A stretch of DNA of 64,000 bases from Marsupella aquatica (lineage: Eukaryota; Plantae; Marchantiophyta), in the NCBI GenBank assembly GCA_973895155.1, contig OZ316892.1:10458283-10522282 (forward strand). Reading direction: 5' to 3'. Position 1 is the first letter of the stretch; every line of letters starts with the position of its first letter. Position numbers and translations under genes: made by a program. Shown here piece by piece: positions 39,144 through 51,394 of the stretch. The notes beneath the pieces were generated by a model. It saw only the letters and a program-made list of their open reading frames with translations. It did not search any database and was not told the DNA's origin.

Positions 39144-39349
39144 CTCTCATGGGCCTGCGCACAGTCCACATGACAAAGGGAGCATCAACATAGGGATTGC
39201 TCAAAATAGGATAGGTTCATTTCATTCTAACCACATATTCACCCAAAATGCAACTTTCTTGGGTGGCATGGCGCAACAGCACACAATGTGGACATCATGT
39301 GCACCAATTCTTCTACTAGAGACAGGTTACAAAGATGTTAGGCAGATTG

Positions 39350-41731
39350 ATGATTGCTGGCCAATGCGGGAAACAAGCAACCTGGCCTATTAGAATGGGA
39401 CAACATCCAAAGGAAGTCTATGGAGAGCCTTCGTGCGACAGGTATTAATCTGAAAGTTTAAACAAACAGCCCCAATTCTCATTTCAACTCGATCAGTGGC
39501 AAGTGGATCCCTGAGCTCATTGATAACATCTTGGATGTCATCAAGAAGGAAGTGGTACTCATTCAAGCCACACGGAAAAATGAATATGGCTTTCGCCCGA
39601 GCAACAATGAGACTGTAGAATGTGATCCAGCCTTTTGACCTCTACCGAAAGGCCTCCAAAGCCATGCCAATTGCATTCTGTTGACTACGTATAAGACAGG
39701 TTGGATCTTTACCGTTGCTTGTTGAAGGCAATGGAATTGTGTGAGAGAGATAGAAAGGAGGACAGAAATTCATGATATCAAAGCAAAGTAGGCTACCAAG
39801 ATTGGTTATAAGGCAATATTAAGCAACCCACACGTGGAGACCGCATCCACTGGACCAATCCCACGAGAGCCTTGCCCCATCCCGACCATTTCTCGTTAGG
39901 ATTGGCTAGTTACAGATCCATTGCTGCTTTCTCCGACATGTGTCGGGTGGGAAGGGCGTACCCTTTGCATGCAAGGACTCCAGATTCAGCGTAAAGCACA
40001 AGAGGGACAGGGATCTGCACATGGCCATTTCAGCTTGCCCAAGTTTAGCTTGTCCCAATTCAGCTTGTCCCATATGTGCTTGGTCCATGTACAGTCGGGG
40101 CCAGGCCCACACTCCAATCCTTCTCCTCCACAGTTGTGAGGGCCACAACAGACTATACATGACTTAAGGGGCTGACAGCAATGACAAGTGACAACCATGG
40201 ACACAATAATGACAGGCTCTAATCACACACTCCCCCAGGCAACCTGCTTCGAAATTACAAGGAGCGCTAGACTGCCAGCGGCTAAATCCAGCAGTCACCA
40301 ATGGGGGCATGACTTCCCCATGGTCTCCTTGAACTCGATGGGCCCTGCAAATTAAACGAGTCCTACATGTACAAAAAAATGACAAAACTGAACTGACATC
40401 TTACCTGAGCAAGATACAAAGCCCTGTGCATTAGCAGCTTAAAACATATGAACTATATAAGAAGCGGTAAATAATGGAGCACAATTGAAAGAACCACAAA
40501 GTCCAGAATATGTACATACCTTGGACTAGAGTTTTTGGACCTCTGATAGAATGGTCCGCCAAGTAATGCAGCTTGAGGGGGCCGGGCCGGTAGCAGCTGC
40601 GTTGGGCACAAGCTGGTATGTTGCGTGATGATGTTCAAACGTTAGCTCAGACGTTTCAAAAAACCAATGATGCAGGGGTCACAACACACAGCAACATTTT
40701 CTTTTGAACACGATGGCAAAAAGGAAATGACTACCTTCCTAGTTGGGGGATAGCAGTTGCCTTGTACCACACCTCTGTCAATACCCCTCCTTCAATACCA
40801 AACTCTCGTCCACTGGACATCACCGCTACCACAAGATCCATTTCCAAAAAGAGCGTTAGTTGACAATCTTTGAAAGGCCACCAGCATATGTATGTGTTCG
40901 TGCCATGCCTTTGGGTCATATGGCAGAATAGTCATCATCGAATCCCTTAAAAGAAACTCAGACTGCCAAGGCCGAGGCTGACATACAAATACATAATGTA
41001 CTGATGATAGGTGATACATAATGTACCTATGATAGGTGATACATAATACATAATGTAGGCATAGGTACATGCGGGGGTACATGCATAGGTGATTACTGTT
41101 GGCATCTGCTCATACACTCTTACAAAATGACCATTCAAGAGGTCATGTGAACTGCTAACTTGGCTATCATCCCTGCACAAACTAATCTCCTGCGTAGACT
41201 AACAATCTGTGCAATTTAACATCCCTATGCATGTACCCCCGCATGTACCTACTCGCCATCTTGAAGCTCTACAAGGCCTAACACAAAAGGGTCCGTGTTC
41301 CAGAGATGACACACTTTCCAGGCCCTCTTTTTTGCAAAAACCTCATTGTACTTAACGTCCGCATCTGGATCTACATCACATGCTGGACACCGAGCATCCA
41401 AAGCATGTACACACCCTGCACCAACAGTGATCTGAACACCATTCATCGTCTGAGTGAACATAATGGATTGTGGATTGACATACTTTTCCCACATGGTCTG
41501 GCGGGTCATGCAGGATGGACGATTAGAACCAAACATAATGCCAATAGGCCAAGTCTCTCTCAACATGCCTAATGCCTTCAGCTTACATTGCAACCTCACT
41601 GCTTTCTCATAGAGAAGGCCTACAGATTGGCTTCGGGTGGTTACCATGGTGTCTTTTGCACCGTTACCTCTGTAGAAGGCAAAGACAGAGGGTCTGACAA
41701 TCAAGCCTATCAAAGCTGGTCCACACGGCAA
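39350..41731 (-). pseudogene. Decayed multi-exon gene of unknown function upstream of the transposase
   Basis: 160-aa ORF at 41249-41731 plus several exon-like blocks with splice signals (e.g. ~40734-40960, ~40520-40630). No motif recognised. Confidence 0.35.
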
Positions 41732-44152
41732 ATCCTCCTACAACAACATCGTCCGGCGTGTCACTCACTGTACTATAAAAAGGGACAAACTGAGCATCAC
41801 AAATTGCAAACAGAGCGAATGTTTAAGGGATTTGGCTAACTTACTTGGCCTCTAGAAATCGACAAAACTTCCCGCTCCCACAACTTTGTGTGGAGCTTTG
41901 GATTTGTTAAATGAAAGCTCCTTGAGATCCACCTCTCCCCAGCCTTGATGATTCACCTAAAGTTTGCTGCAGAATTTTGGGCAATGGTAGCCATCCCAGA
42001 TTAAAATTTGTTTATCAAACTCAACTGCACAAACTGCAAATGAATACCTTGTGGCCTTAACCCTTGACGCAATACAAGTGACCAAGGAAGTTCATTCCTG
42101 ATTGGTGCGTACCTCAGTCTCCTTTGTCCACTGATCCTCTGGTCGTGACCCGGGTCCTCAAAGCTAAATCTTCCTCAAAGCTGAATCTTTCAACCTCCAC
42201 TCTGCTCAACTAAGCCCGATGGATGATCACTGCAGCTGCTTACAAATGTCTGCGACCAAACCAGGAAAAGCGTTACTTACAGACCAACACCCTAGCTAGT
42301 GAAGGAGCTGCAAATGGAGTCCAAAAAGTGGTGGAAGATTAAGTATGAGAGCAGACCTAAGGCAATAGCAGAAGGCAAGAGCAGAATAAAATAAGACATA
42401 GGAAGCCGGGGAGGAATCAGAAGAGAGCGATGGCAAGCGCTTCAACCTAAGCGCAAAAATTAAGAGCTTAAGAAGTCCTAGAGACGGTTGCTAAAGGAAC
42501 TCGAGAGCAATTGCAACATCCGAGGCAATGCCATTTGGCGATAGTGAATGCAATATCGTCAACCAAGAAATGCAGTTCACTTGAGGGACTGTCACTACCT
42601 TCAGGACTACATCGCGTGGGTTTTGTTCAATCTAATGCAGGGAGAGGGTTACCTTGTTGCACCAAACCGGAAGGTGATCGCTCCTTAGCCTTCTAGGGGG
42701 TATCCTTCGATGATATCTGAAAAGGCCCACAGGCATCATCTAAAAGCATGTAAACTCTGCATCCATCCTTCCATTGAAAAACTCTCTCAATGTTGAAAAC
42801 CAGATGGCTTACCGTGCTCAATTGATGTGTCCACTCCCAGAAGAGTCAACACGCAACACTGAAGCTTTCACTATCTCCTTCGATCACTGGGTTTCTCAAA
42901 AATGATCTGCAAGCAAAACATCTCCACAATGAAGCACTCAAGCTGGCAGCGTTTGAAAATCCAATGAAATGTCACTCATGTCAATCGCATCAAGATCTTA
43001 AGGATAGTCACAATGACTTAGAACAATCCATTGAAATCCAGCCAAATGCATTGGCAGTCAAAGGCACGTAAATCCTACAAATCACAATGTAGTGGCGTGC
43101 AAATCCGCAAGTTGGCACAGTTACAGCCAAATCCAAGAAACATTGAGGCAACACAGAGAACATTGAAGACATAACCGGGGAGATAACAATGCATGCCAAA
43201 AATGTGGAAGGTTCACAGAGCATTTGAGTGGGTGAGATTGAGATGACCTTGACAATCGCAGTGTCGGGGAAGACCTTCCAAACTAAGGACCTTCAAAGCG
43301 AGCACTCAGCGATGCTGGGCAAGAGCAAGAACTAGCAAACAAGGGCCAACTATGCCGGATGCGGATCGACAATGGTGGACAAGGCCAAAGTAGCAATGGC
43401 AGATGAGGAGCAGCAATGGCGGACAAGGAGCAGCGATGGTAGAGGATCGATGATGGTGGGCGAGCAGTGATGGCATCCGAGCAGCGATGGCGGACGAGCC
43501 AGGAGCAAGCACAAGGCATCAGGGAGTGCGAGCGGGAGCGCGAGGCAAGGTGAGACCGAGCACAAAGGAAGAATAAGGAGCAGGGATACGAGGGGGGGCT
43601 AAACCCGGGCGGTGACAATCTCACGACTAAACCCTAAACCTTAGGGTTCATAACGCAAGCGAGGCCATGGATCGCCGATTCAATGGCTTCGATTCGCTCT
43701 CCCCCTAATCCAACGGTTTTAGTCATCCCCGATGTGTTTTCTTAAATTCTCCACCAAAACCCCCACCACTCCACACACCTGGTCCATCCCCCATCGCCCC
43801 CGGGATTGCCCCCAATCCTCCCTTCAAAACTTTTCTAGCTTAGCATAGCCAGTATTAACATTTTAATTTAATGAAGGAGATATGGATACTGTAAGGATAA
43901 TACACGTGTACCAATTATAATTTGACATGTGTACCAATAATATGATGCCGCGTGTCGCTACCTATTGGTTTACCCTTCCGCAAAAGTAAGAAGGATGTCA
44001 TTTCAAGGGGTCTTACGAAATTACAAAGTGGTTTTGGTATATATGCGGAGGTTGCGGAATTGTAAGCAAATTATAAAAATTACCGCCGAAGGAATAAAAA
44101 TGACCCTTGAACGGTTCTCACGTCCTCCCCGTATTAGAAAGGAGTGGGGGCC

Positions 44153-45983
44153 CAGGGGATAACTCGCCATCTCACCATAGTTTATACTCCGCAGCAAAAT
44201 AGTGTCGCTGAGAGGCTCAATCAAATACTATTGGAGCGATCACGGAGTATGCTGAGCCAATCAGGTTTACCATAGGAATTTTGGGCAGAAGCTGTCAATA
44301 CTGCAGCTTATTTGGTAAATCTTTCTCCTTCTAGTGCCATCAATTTCAAAACGCCGTTTGAAATGCGTTATAAGTGGCAAGCAGACTATCATGGCTTGGT
44401 AGTTTTTGGAAGTGATGCATATGCTCTCACACCAAAGCAGAATAGGACCAAGTTGGATACTATGTCCAAGAAATGTATTTTTCTTGGGTATCAGAGTGGT
44501 GTGAAGGCCTATAGGCTATGAGATCCTATTGCGTGTAAGCTCGTTGTCAGTAGGGATGTTTCCTTCAATGAATCCAGATTATTGAAGGAGGAGGAGAATA
44601 CTCAAGTCTCCCGTACTCACAAAGGAAAATCTCCTATCCCGGATCTCGTTGAGGGGGAGATTGATCATGAAGTGCATGATCAAAGAGAAGGAGATGCTCC
44701 AAGCATGGAGCTAGTTCCTGTGCCAGAGGAACAAGAGGAATTTATTGATGCCGGTGAGCAGCAAGTGGATGCTGCTGAGCTTCAAATCGTACCAGTAGAT
44801 GCAATTCAACCAGAGTCATCGGCTAGAAGAATATCTGGTCGTATTGTACGTGCTCCACCTAGGTATGGACAATGGGTTGATTCATCTCAACTGCAAGAGG
44901 ACGATTTTACAACTGATGATGAGAGTGATACGTTAATTTTGGAAGAAGAGGAACCTTCTTCATTTCATGAGGCAAGTGCTTCAAAGGAGAAGCAGAAATG
45001 GACTGTAGCAATGCAAACGGAGATGCAATCGCTGAAGGACAACAAAACTTGGGAGCTTGTTAAGCTGCCTAAGGGTCAGCAAGTGGTGGGCAGTAAGTGG
45101 ATATACAAGCTAAAGGATCAGTCTACGAGAGGTGGATCAAAGGTCTACAAGGCTAGGTTGGTAGCCAAGGGATTCACACAGGAAAAAGGTGTGGATTACA
45201 AAGAGGTCTTCTCACCAGTTGCTAAGTACTCAACAATACGGCTATTGTGTGTGCTTGTTGTAATGTTTGGTCTGTTGCTAGATCAGATGGATGTTGTCAT
45301 AGCTTTCCTCTATGGCACCTTGGAAGAGGTGGTTTTCATGAGACAGCCGCTAGGTTTTGTGAAGAGAGGACAGGAGGAACTGGTTTACAGATTGCTAAAA
45401 TCCTTGTATGGGTTGAAGCAGTCACCAAGATAGTGGAACAAGCGGTTTGACGATTGGATTCGATCACAAGGTTTTCACAGGAGTGTGTTTGACCCTTGTG
45501 TATATTTGAAACCGGTGAAGAATGTTGTCTTTGGGTTCATTGTTTTAGTACTTTATGTGGATGACGTGCTTATTGCGGCCAAGGATAGGTCTGAAATTGT
45601 TAAGCTTAAGGCACTACTTAGTGCAAAGTTTCAGATGAAGGACCTAGGGCCAGATAAGAGGATTTTGGGTATGGAGATCACTAGGGACTTGGAGGCTGGT
45701 AAGCTATGGTTGACACAGAGCAGTTATGTGAGGAAGGTAATTGCTAGGTTCAACATGGAGAATAGTAAGCCAATAATACCCCTTTGGCTGCATACTTCAA
45801 ATTGTCATCAGATTTTTGTCCCACAGATGTGACAGAGAAGGGGCTGATGTCAAAAGTTCCTTATGATAAGGCAGTGGGAAGTCTCATGTATTTGATGACT
45901 TGCACTAGACCTGATCTTGTCATGGCTATGGGCAAGGTGAGCAGGTACATGTCAAATCCAGGGAAGGTACACTGGGAAGCAAT
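44153..45983 (+). pseudogene. Copia pol, part 1: integrase C-terminal half and RT
   Basis: TPQQNSVAER, KCIFLGY, AMQTEMQSL..NKTWELV, YKARLVAKGFTQ, QMDV..AFL, KSLYGLKQSPR, LYVDD. Several stops and frameshifts. Confidence 0.95.
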
Positions 45984-46313
45984 TGTCACACCATTCTAGG
46001 TAGTGTTAGAGTGTATCATACTATCTAGCTCCGTATGTTTGGTATGTGTGCTATATGAGCCGATAAGGTTCCGTCAGGTTTGTGTGAGAGGGTACTTCTC
46101 ACTTGTGAGGCATTGAAAGGTCATCTTTCAATGTTGAGTCTTGGAGAGAAAGGAGCTTGAGTGGCTATGGTGGCTGTGAGCTCCGCTTGTGTAACGTGGA
46201 TTCCTTGAGTAGTGCAAGGTGCGTTGGCTTGACATACGTGTGTGATCGGATCGGTGCGGGATCGATGGGGTATTATTGACCGGGATCGTTGTGCCGATTG
46301 TATTGAGATTACA
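45984..46313 (+). repeat. Repeat A1 (TGTCACACC..GAGATTACA)
   Basis: Matches 54759-55086 with about 7 substitutions in 328 bp. Confidence 0.95.
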
Positions 46314-47629
46314 TTGAAAGATCGCTCGAACTCTATTGCTGTACGGACAGAGCTTCGATTGGAGGTTGTGTATTGGCGACGGTTTGTGGTAGTTCAAATC
46401 GATCGTGTTGTGTTGATTCGGATCTTATTGTTGACATTGTGTTGGAAGATCTATTCTGCCAGGGGGCTATTGTTTAAGCTTTCGACAGTTCCCGAAGGGC
46501 TCTGAGATGTGTTGATCGAAGGGCTGATCACAGCAAGGTCGACTACACCGTCCGGACCCTATCCAACAGATCTACAAACACGGGCATAGATCCCTCTGCT
46601 GTCGATCTGTCCCGAGTTGCGATCTGTGACAGTAGCGATCGGATTTGATAAGGCCGGCTGTGGCGCTGCTGTTTTGATGAAGGAAACGGAGATCAAACTT
46701 TGAATGCTGCATTTTGCGTCACTACTGTTTCCATTCAATCATGTGTATGTTGCCGTCGCCAAGCTGCGATTTTGCGTGAAGGGAACCAGCAGCCACGAAG
46801 TCGATGTTTTGTGAGGGAAATTGAGTCTGGATGTTGTGAGATCGAACTGCTGTGTTTCCGTCGGACTGCTACTGCGATCTGTAATTCTGCGAAGGGAACC
46901 GAGGGCAGAACCTGAATGTTGCCGAATCCGAAACTCGATCCGACGTAGCGAAGCGTTGCGGGCGTGAAGGGCTCACCTCGGCGTTACTCGGGATGAGGGG
47001 CGTGAGGGCGGAGCAAGAGCGGGCCAGCAAGCCAGCTTGCTGGTACGTGAGGAGTAGTTGCAAGTGCTGCCATTTTGGAGTGGCAGATTTGGTGAATAAT
47101 GACAAGTGAGAGGTCACCCATCCCAAAGCTATTCCTCCTCTCATGAGCTTAACTAGCAAGTTTCTATGTGGCGCATTGTACATGCTTCCTTCCATATTTG
47201 ATGTCCAAGGAATGAGGCCCTAGGGGTTTTATGCACTTTTGAATTCATCTAGATACTCTGTTTTAGCTAGTTTGCGATGGATTCTTGAATATTTGACGCG
47301 GGATTCTAGAGGCCTATTATGAAGGCCCTACATTGAACTATATGCACATTATTTACATGTATTTTTGATTGATTGGTGTGGAGAGTTGTGGTAAATCCTC
47401 TTCTTGTTGTTGGATCCTCTCCACACATGCTTCCTGTTTATGCGCCATGTTAGTTTGGCGTGGGCGCTTGATTCTATAGGAGTGATCCGGGTTTGCAACC
47501 GGACATTCTAGTTGTGCTACGTATTTCTCTCCTGGTGATGTTGGAGTGATGCTCAACACACCATGGTGAGTGCTTGTGTTGTTGACAGGGACAGATTGCC
47601 CTTAGGGTTAGCCTATAGATTAGGTTAGG

Positions 47630-49269
47630 TTGGTCACCACGGATTCTTTTGGCGCTGCTGGGTTACCCGATGGACGACGGACCGGTTTCACTCGGAGTGG
47701 GGTGCAGTTTCGGCCAGCGACAGTGGTAGCAATCAACAGCACAGCTTCAGACAGTGATTCTGACGAGGACTCTGTGAGCAGTTCTCCTCGTCATCAGGTG
47801 ATTGCACCATTGTTGTGGGATATGGAAGAGATGTACGGGGCTACAAAGGGCCCACGACGATACTCTGGTGCAGTTGGCACGATTGATCTGGATGACTTCA
47901 TCCAGGAGTTTGATACATGGTGCGATATGCAGACATTGCGTAACGCCACGTTGTTTACCCCTTTCATGGCATGAAAGGGATTATTTCAGCATTTGGAGGG
48001 GCCACCCATGGATGACTACCATGAGTTTTGGAAGGCTCATTTGGTTGAGATTGAGGCATGGAGGCAGCATTGGTCGCCTAATTACGTGTCCATCACCTAT
48101 GGCACTAGTGCGGCTGCCCAACCCATTGCCACAACTGCTGCTGCTTCTTCTAGCAGCACTAGCTAGAGTGACACGCCATCCACCAGCAGCACTCTAGCAG
48201 CATCCACCGCTACTCCTGCCGGTGTGATTATGACAGGAACTGGAGTTGCGCCAGCATTTAACCCTGTGGTGGAATTCTTTGAGGTACTGAAGCAAAACTA
48301 TCAGGGTGTGAGAACTGATAAGTTGAAGGGTCTCCAGGAGTTCCAGCGCAAGACTGGAGAGAGTCTACGTGAGGCATACACTCGTATGCGCAGATTGATC
48401 ACTGTCACCAAGGGAGTGACAGAGGCTCAGGCAGTCCAGTTTTGGTATGCAATTTTGGATAGAGAATTGCGACGTAGAGTGAGAGATGTCACTCTGCTTA
48501 GGGATACAGATCCCATATTAGCAGTTGTTTTTACTCTTTCTGAGCGTATTGAGCTCAATATGGTGAATGAGAAGGTGGTGACTTCCGGATTTGCCAAGGA
48601 AGCACCAAAGGCTGCATCTACATCTACACCACAGCCTACTGCATGGAAGAGCCAGAGGGAGAAGCCTACTGCACGAGAGTCTACCAGCCAGAGACCTGTG
48701 CCCTCTTATGCTGGACAGCAGTCAGGATGTTGGACCTGTGGTGGGGATCATGCACAGAGATATTGCCCAGATCATAGAGGATCAGGAGGAGCAGCAACAC
48801 CTGATCAGCGACAGTGTGATCATTGTGGAGCTCCTGGACACACCAAGGATAGGTGTTTCTCACTCCATCCTGAGTTACGGAGAGGAGGATCCCGTACACA
48901 TGATCAGGGAAGAGGAGGAGGAGGTAGACATGGTGGATGTGGTCGTGGCATGCCACATGCAGGGATCAGGGAGGTGACGCTGCCCGTGCTGTAACCATAG
49001 ATCCAAAGGATGCTAAGATTGCTCAATTGGAGCAACAGCTAGCTGCCATGGCTAGTTCCCAGGTGAGACCTACTTCTGGTGATGGGGCATCTACATCCTA
49101 TGGACCTTCCACATCCCATGGTCCTTCCACATCTTATGGAGCTGATGGAGAACTTGCCACCATGGGATTCATGTGTGGCACTGCACATATTGATGCATCA
49201 GCAGCTTTGAGACGTGGGGCAGCCAAAGCTCTTAAGCCCCGAGGAGCAGTAGTGGAGCTAGATCCATAG
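47630..49269 (+). pseudogene. Gypsy gag with two zinc knuckles
   Basis: YSGAVGTIDLDDFIQEFDTW, QRKTGESLREAYTRM, CWTCGGDHAQRYC and CDHCGAPGHTKDRC. Stop at 47972 and a frameshift near 48970. Confidence 0.85.
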
Positions 49270-49314
49270 AGGGGGGATGCATGTCGGCAGACAAAGCTTC
49301 CTCAGTCTTTTACA

Positions 49315-50484
49315 TTGTCAGAGACAGTTCAAACTGCCTCTATGAACCCGGTTCGGACAAACCCTAGCATGGGTAAGTTGGTAGAATCAGGTAGTGATGC
49401 AGCAGGGATGACAGGTACCCTGCTGGGGGTGGCTACTACCATGGTACGCACCCCATTATTTTCAGCGACAGACATGCTAAACTTGGGAGTTGGTCCTGCA
49501 GAAGTGTTCAGATTGGCAGCTACACTCTGTAAGGACACTCCACTGGTTGCTTCCCATGCAGAAGCAGCTTGCAGTGTTGAAGCAGTGAAGACCATGCCAC
49601 CTACTACTACTAGTGAGACATGGCATGCAGTAACAGTGAGGTTGGTGCATTTACCAGCATGCCCTGCATTTGAGAGGACTAGGTTTAAACCTAGCGTTGT
49701 GTCATTGGATAATTGGAGTGGTATCTTCCGATTAGTTGGGCCTTCTGGAGCAGTATACCAGCCAGAGAGAGTGTTACTGGATACTGGTGCTCAGCCCTTG
49801 ATGTTGAGGAAGTCTGCCATACGTGGATTGGGATTGCGTCCAGAGGATTTGGAGGATTGTCCCTTTCCCATTCAGACTTCATTGGGGGGACCTACACCTA
49901 CACAGCATATCACCAGAAGACCACTTGATTTGAGAATTCAGGAAGGTCATACCACAGATAGCTCACAGATACAGGCGCGAGCTATTCTGACTAAGGCAGA
50001 TTCATATGATGTGTTGGTGGGATGTACAGTGCTCTACCCCATGGGATTTATTCTTGATTTTTGGGAGGAATCAGTGTCATATAGACCTGATTGGCAGTCA
50101 GGAGATGCTCGATTGAGAAAATTGCCAGTGAGATTTAGTGGACCTCTGGGAGGCCCTAAATCCACACCATTGTCTTTGGCAGTATTCAGTGGTGTAATTG
50201 CTGGACCCGATGATTTGATTGAGGGTAATGCGCATGCAGCCGATGTTCCACCATTGGAGGAGTCTCATGAGGAGCACATCATGCAAGGATTACCTGTTGG
50301 CAGTGTTGTGCCACCAGTGTGGGGCACTGCACAGGCCTTGCCACAGGTAGCAGCACGATTGGTACATGATGCATGGTGTCATGCTTTTACACCACAGTCA
50401 GGAGCAGAGCAGTCTCTTGCAGATGGACCTGTGACTCTTTCACCATTGGATACCACTCTTATTGCTTGGCAATATCCACCGTAG
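49315..50484 (+). pseudogene. Gypsy aspartic protease region
   Basis: VLLDTGAQ active-site motif (~49771) and a downstream YDVLVG motif. Confidence 0.85.
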
Positions 50485-51260
50485 GGTATCTGTTTGTTGG
50501 ATCTTTTTGGTGGGATTAGCACTGAATTGGCTGCTGTTCTTCAGGCAAGAATTCTTGTGCATCGTTATTTGTATGTGGAGACAGATGAGACAGCACGGAG
50601 GGTCTCATTGCGACATGTGGCTATGTTGGTGGATAGATATCCATAGTTGCTACCAGTGGATGTTGTTCGTGGTTATCAGCATGCACTACCTGCTGATATT
50701 TCATTGCTGGGGGCGGATCATCTGCATCGTGTTGGCCCCATTGATTTGGTGATTGCTGGTTGGCCATGTCAGGGCCAATCTAGAGCTGGCGTTGGGCATG
50801 GACTTCATGATCCACGCTCTGCATTGTTTTGGGAGATGTTACGGGTGCTACGTCATCTCCAGCTACATCAGACACAGTCTCCAGCATACATTTTGGAGAA
50901 TGTGCCATTGTTAGGTGATGATTGTAGTCGGATTGTTGCCAGTGTTCATCAGGTGAGGTCTTGGATTGGACCTGCTGTGTTATTGGATGCTGCACGTGTG
51001 GGTTCTCGTGCACATCGTCCACGCTTGTGGTGGACTAATTTGATCCCATGTGAGGTGTTGAAGCATGCATTTGACAGCATTCCACGCTCACCAGCCTTAG
51101 TGGTGGATGATATTTTGGATCCAGGGCGTCGTGCACAGGGTGTGACCCAACCTGATAGACCTCCATTGGCAATGGTCAATGTAGTTGGGTGCCCACGTTG
51201 TGCATTACCCACTCTTGTAAGCCACTCTACTTCATATGCATTCAGACCACAACTAGGGGC
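50485..51260 (+). pseudogene. C5 cytosine DNA methyltransferase domain (DNMT3/DRM-like) within gypsy pol
   Basis: In frame with the protease: LLDLFGGIST (motif I), YVETD (II), DLVIAGWPCQGQS (IV, catalytic PC at 50764-50769), ILENV (VI), RAHRPRLWWTN (VIII). TAG stops at 50482 and 50644. Confidence 0.9.
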
Positions 51261-51394
51261 GAGCAGACAGTCCATGGACCTATGGCAGGATTGGCCAGGC
51301 TGGACAGATTGTTGAGCAGGAAGGGACTGCTCAATCTACTGCTAAATAGCAATCATCGGCTATCTCTTCTACCCTACAAAGAGATATTAGGGAT

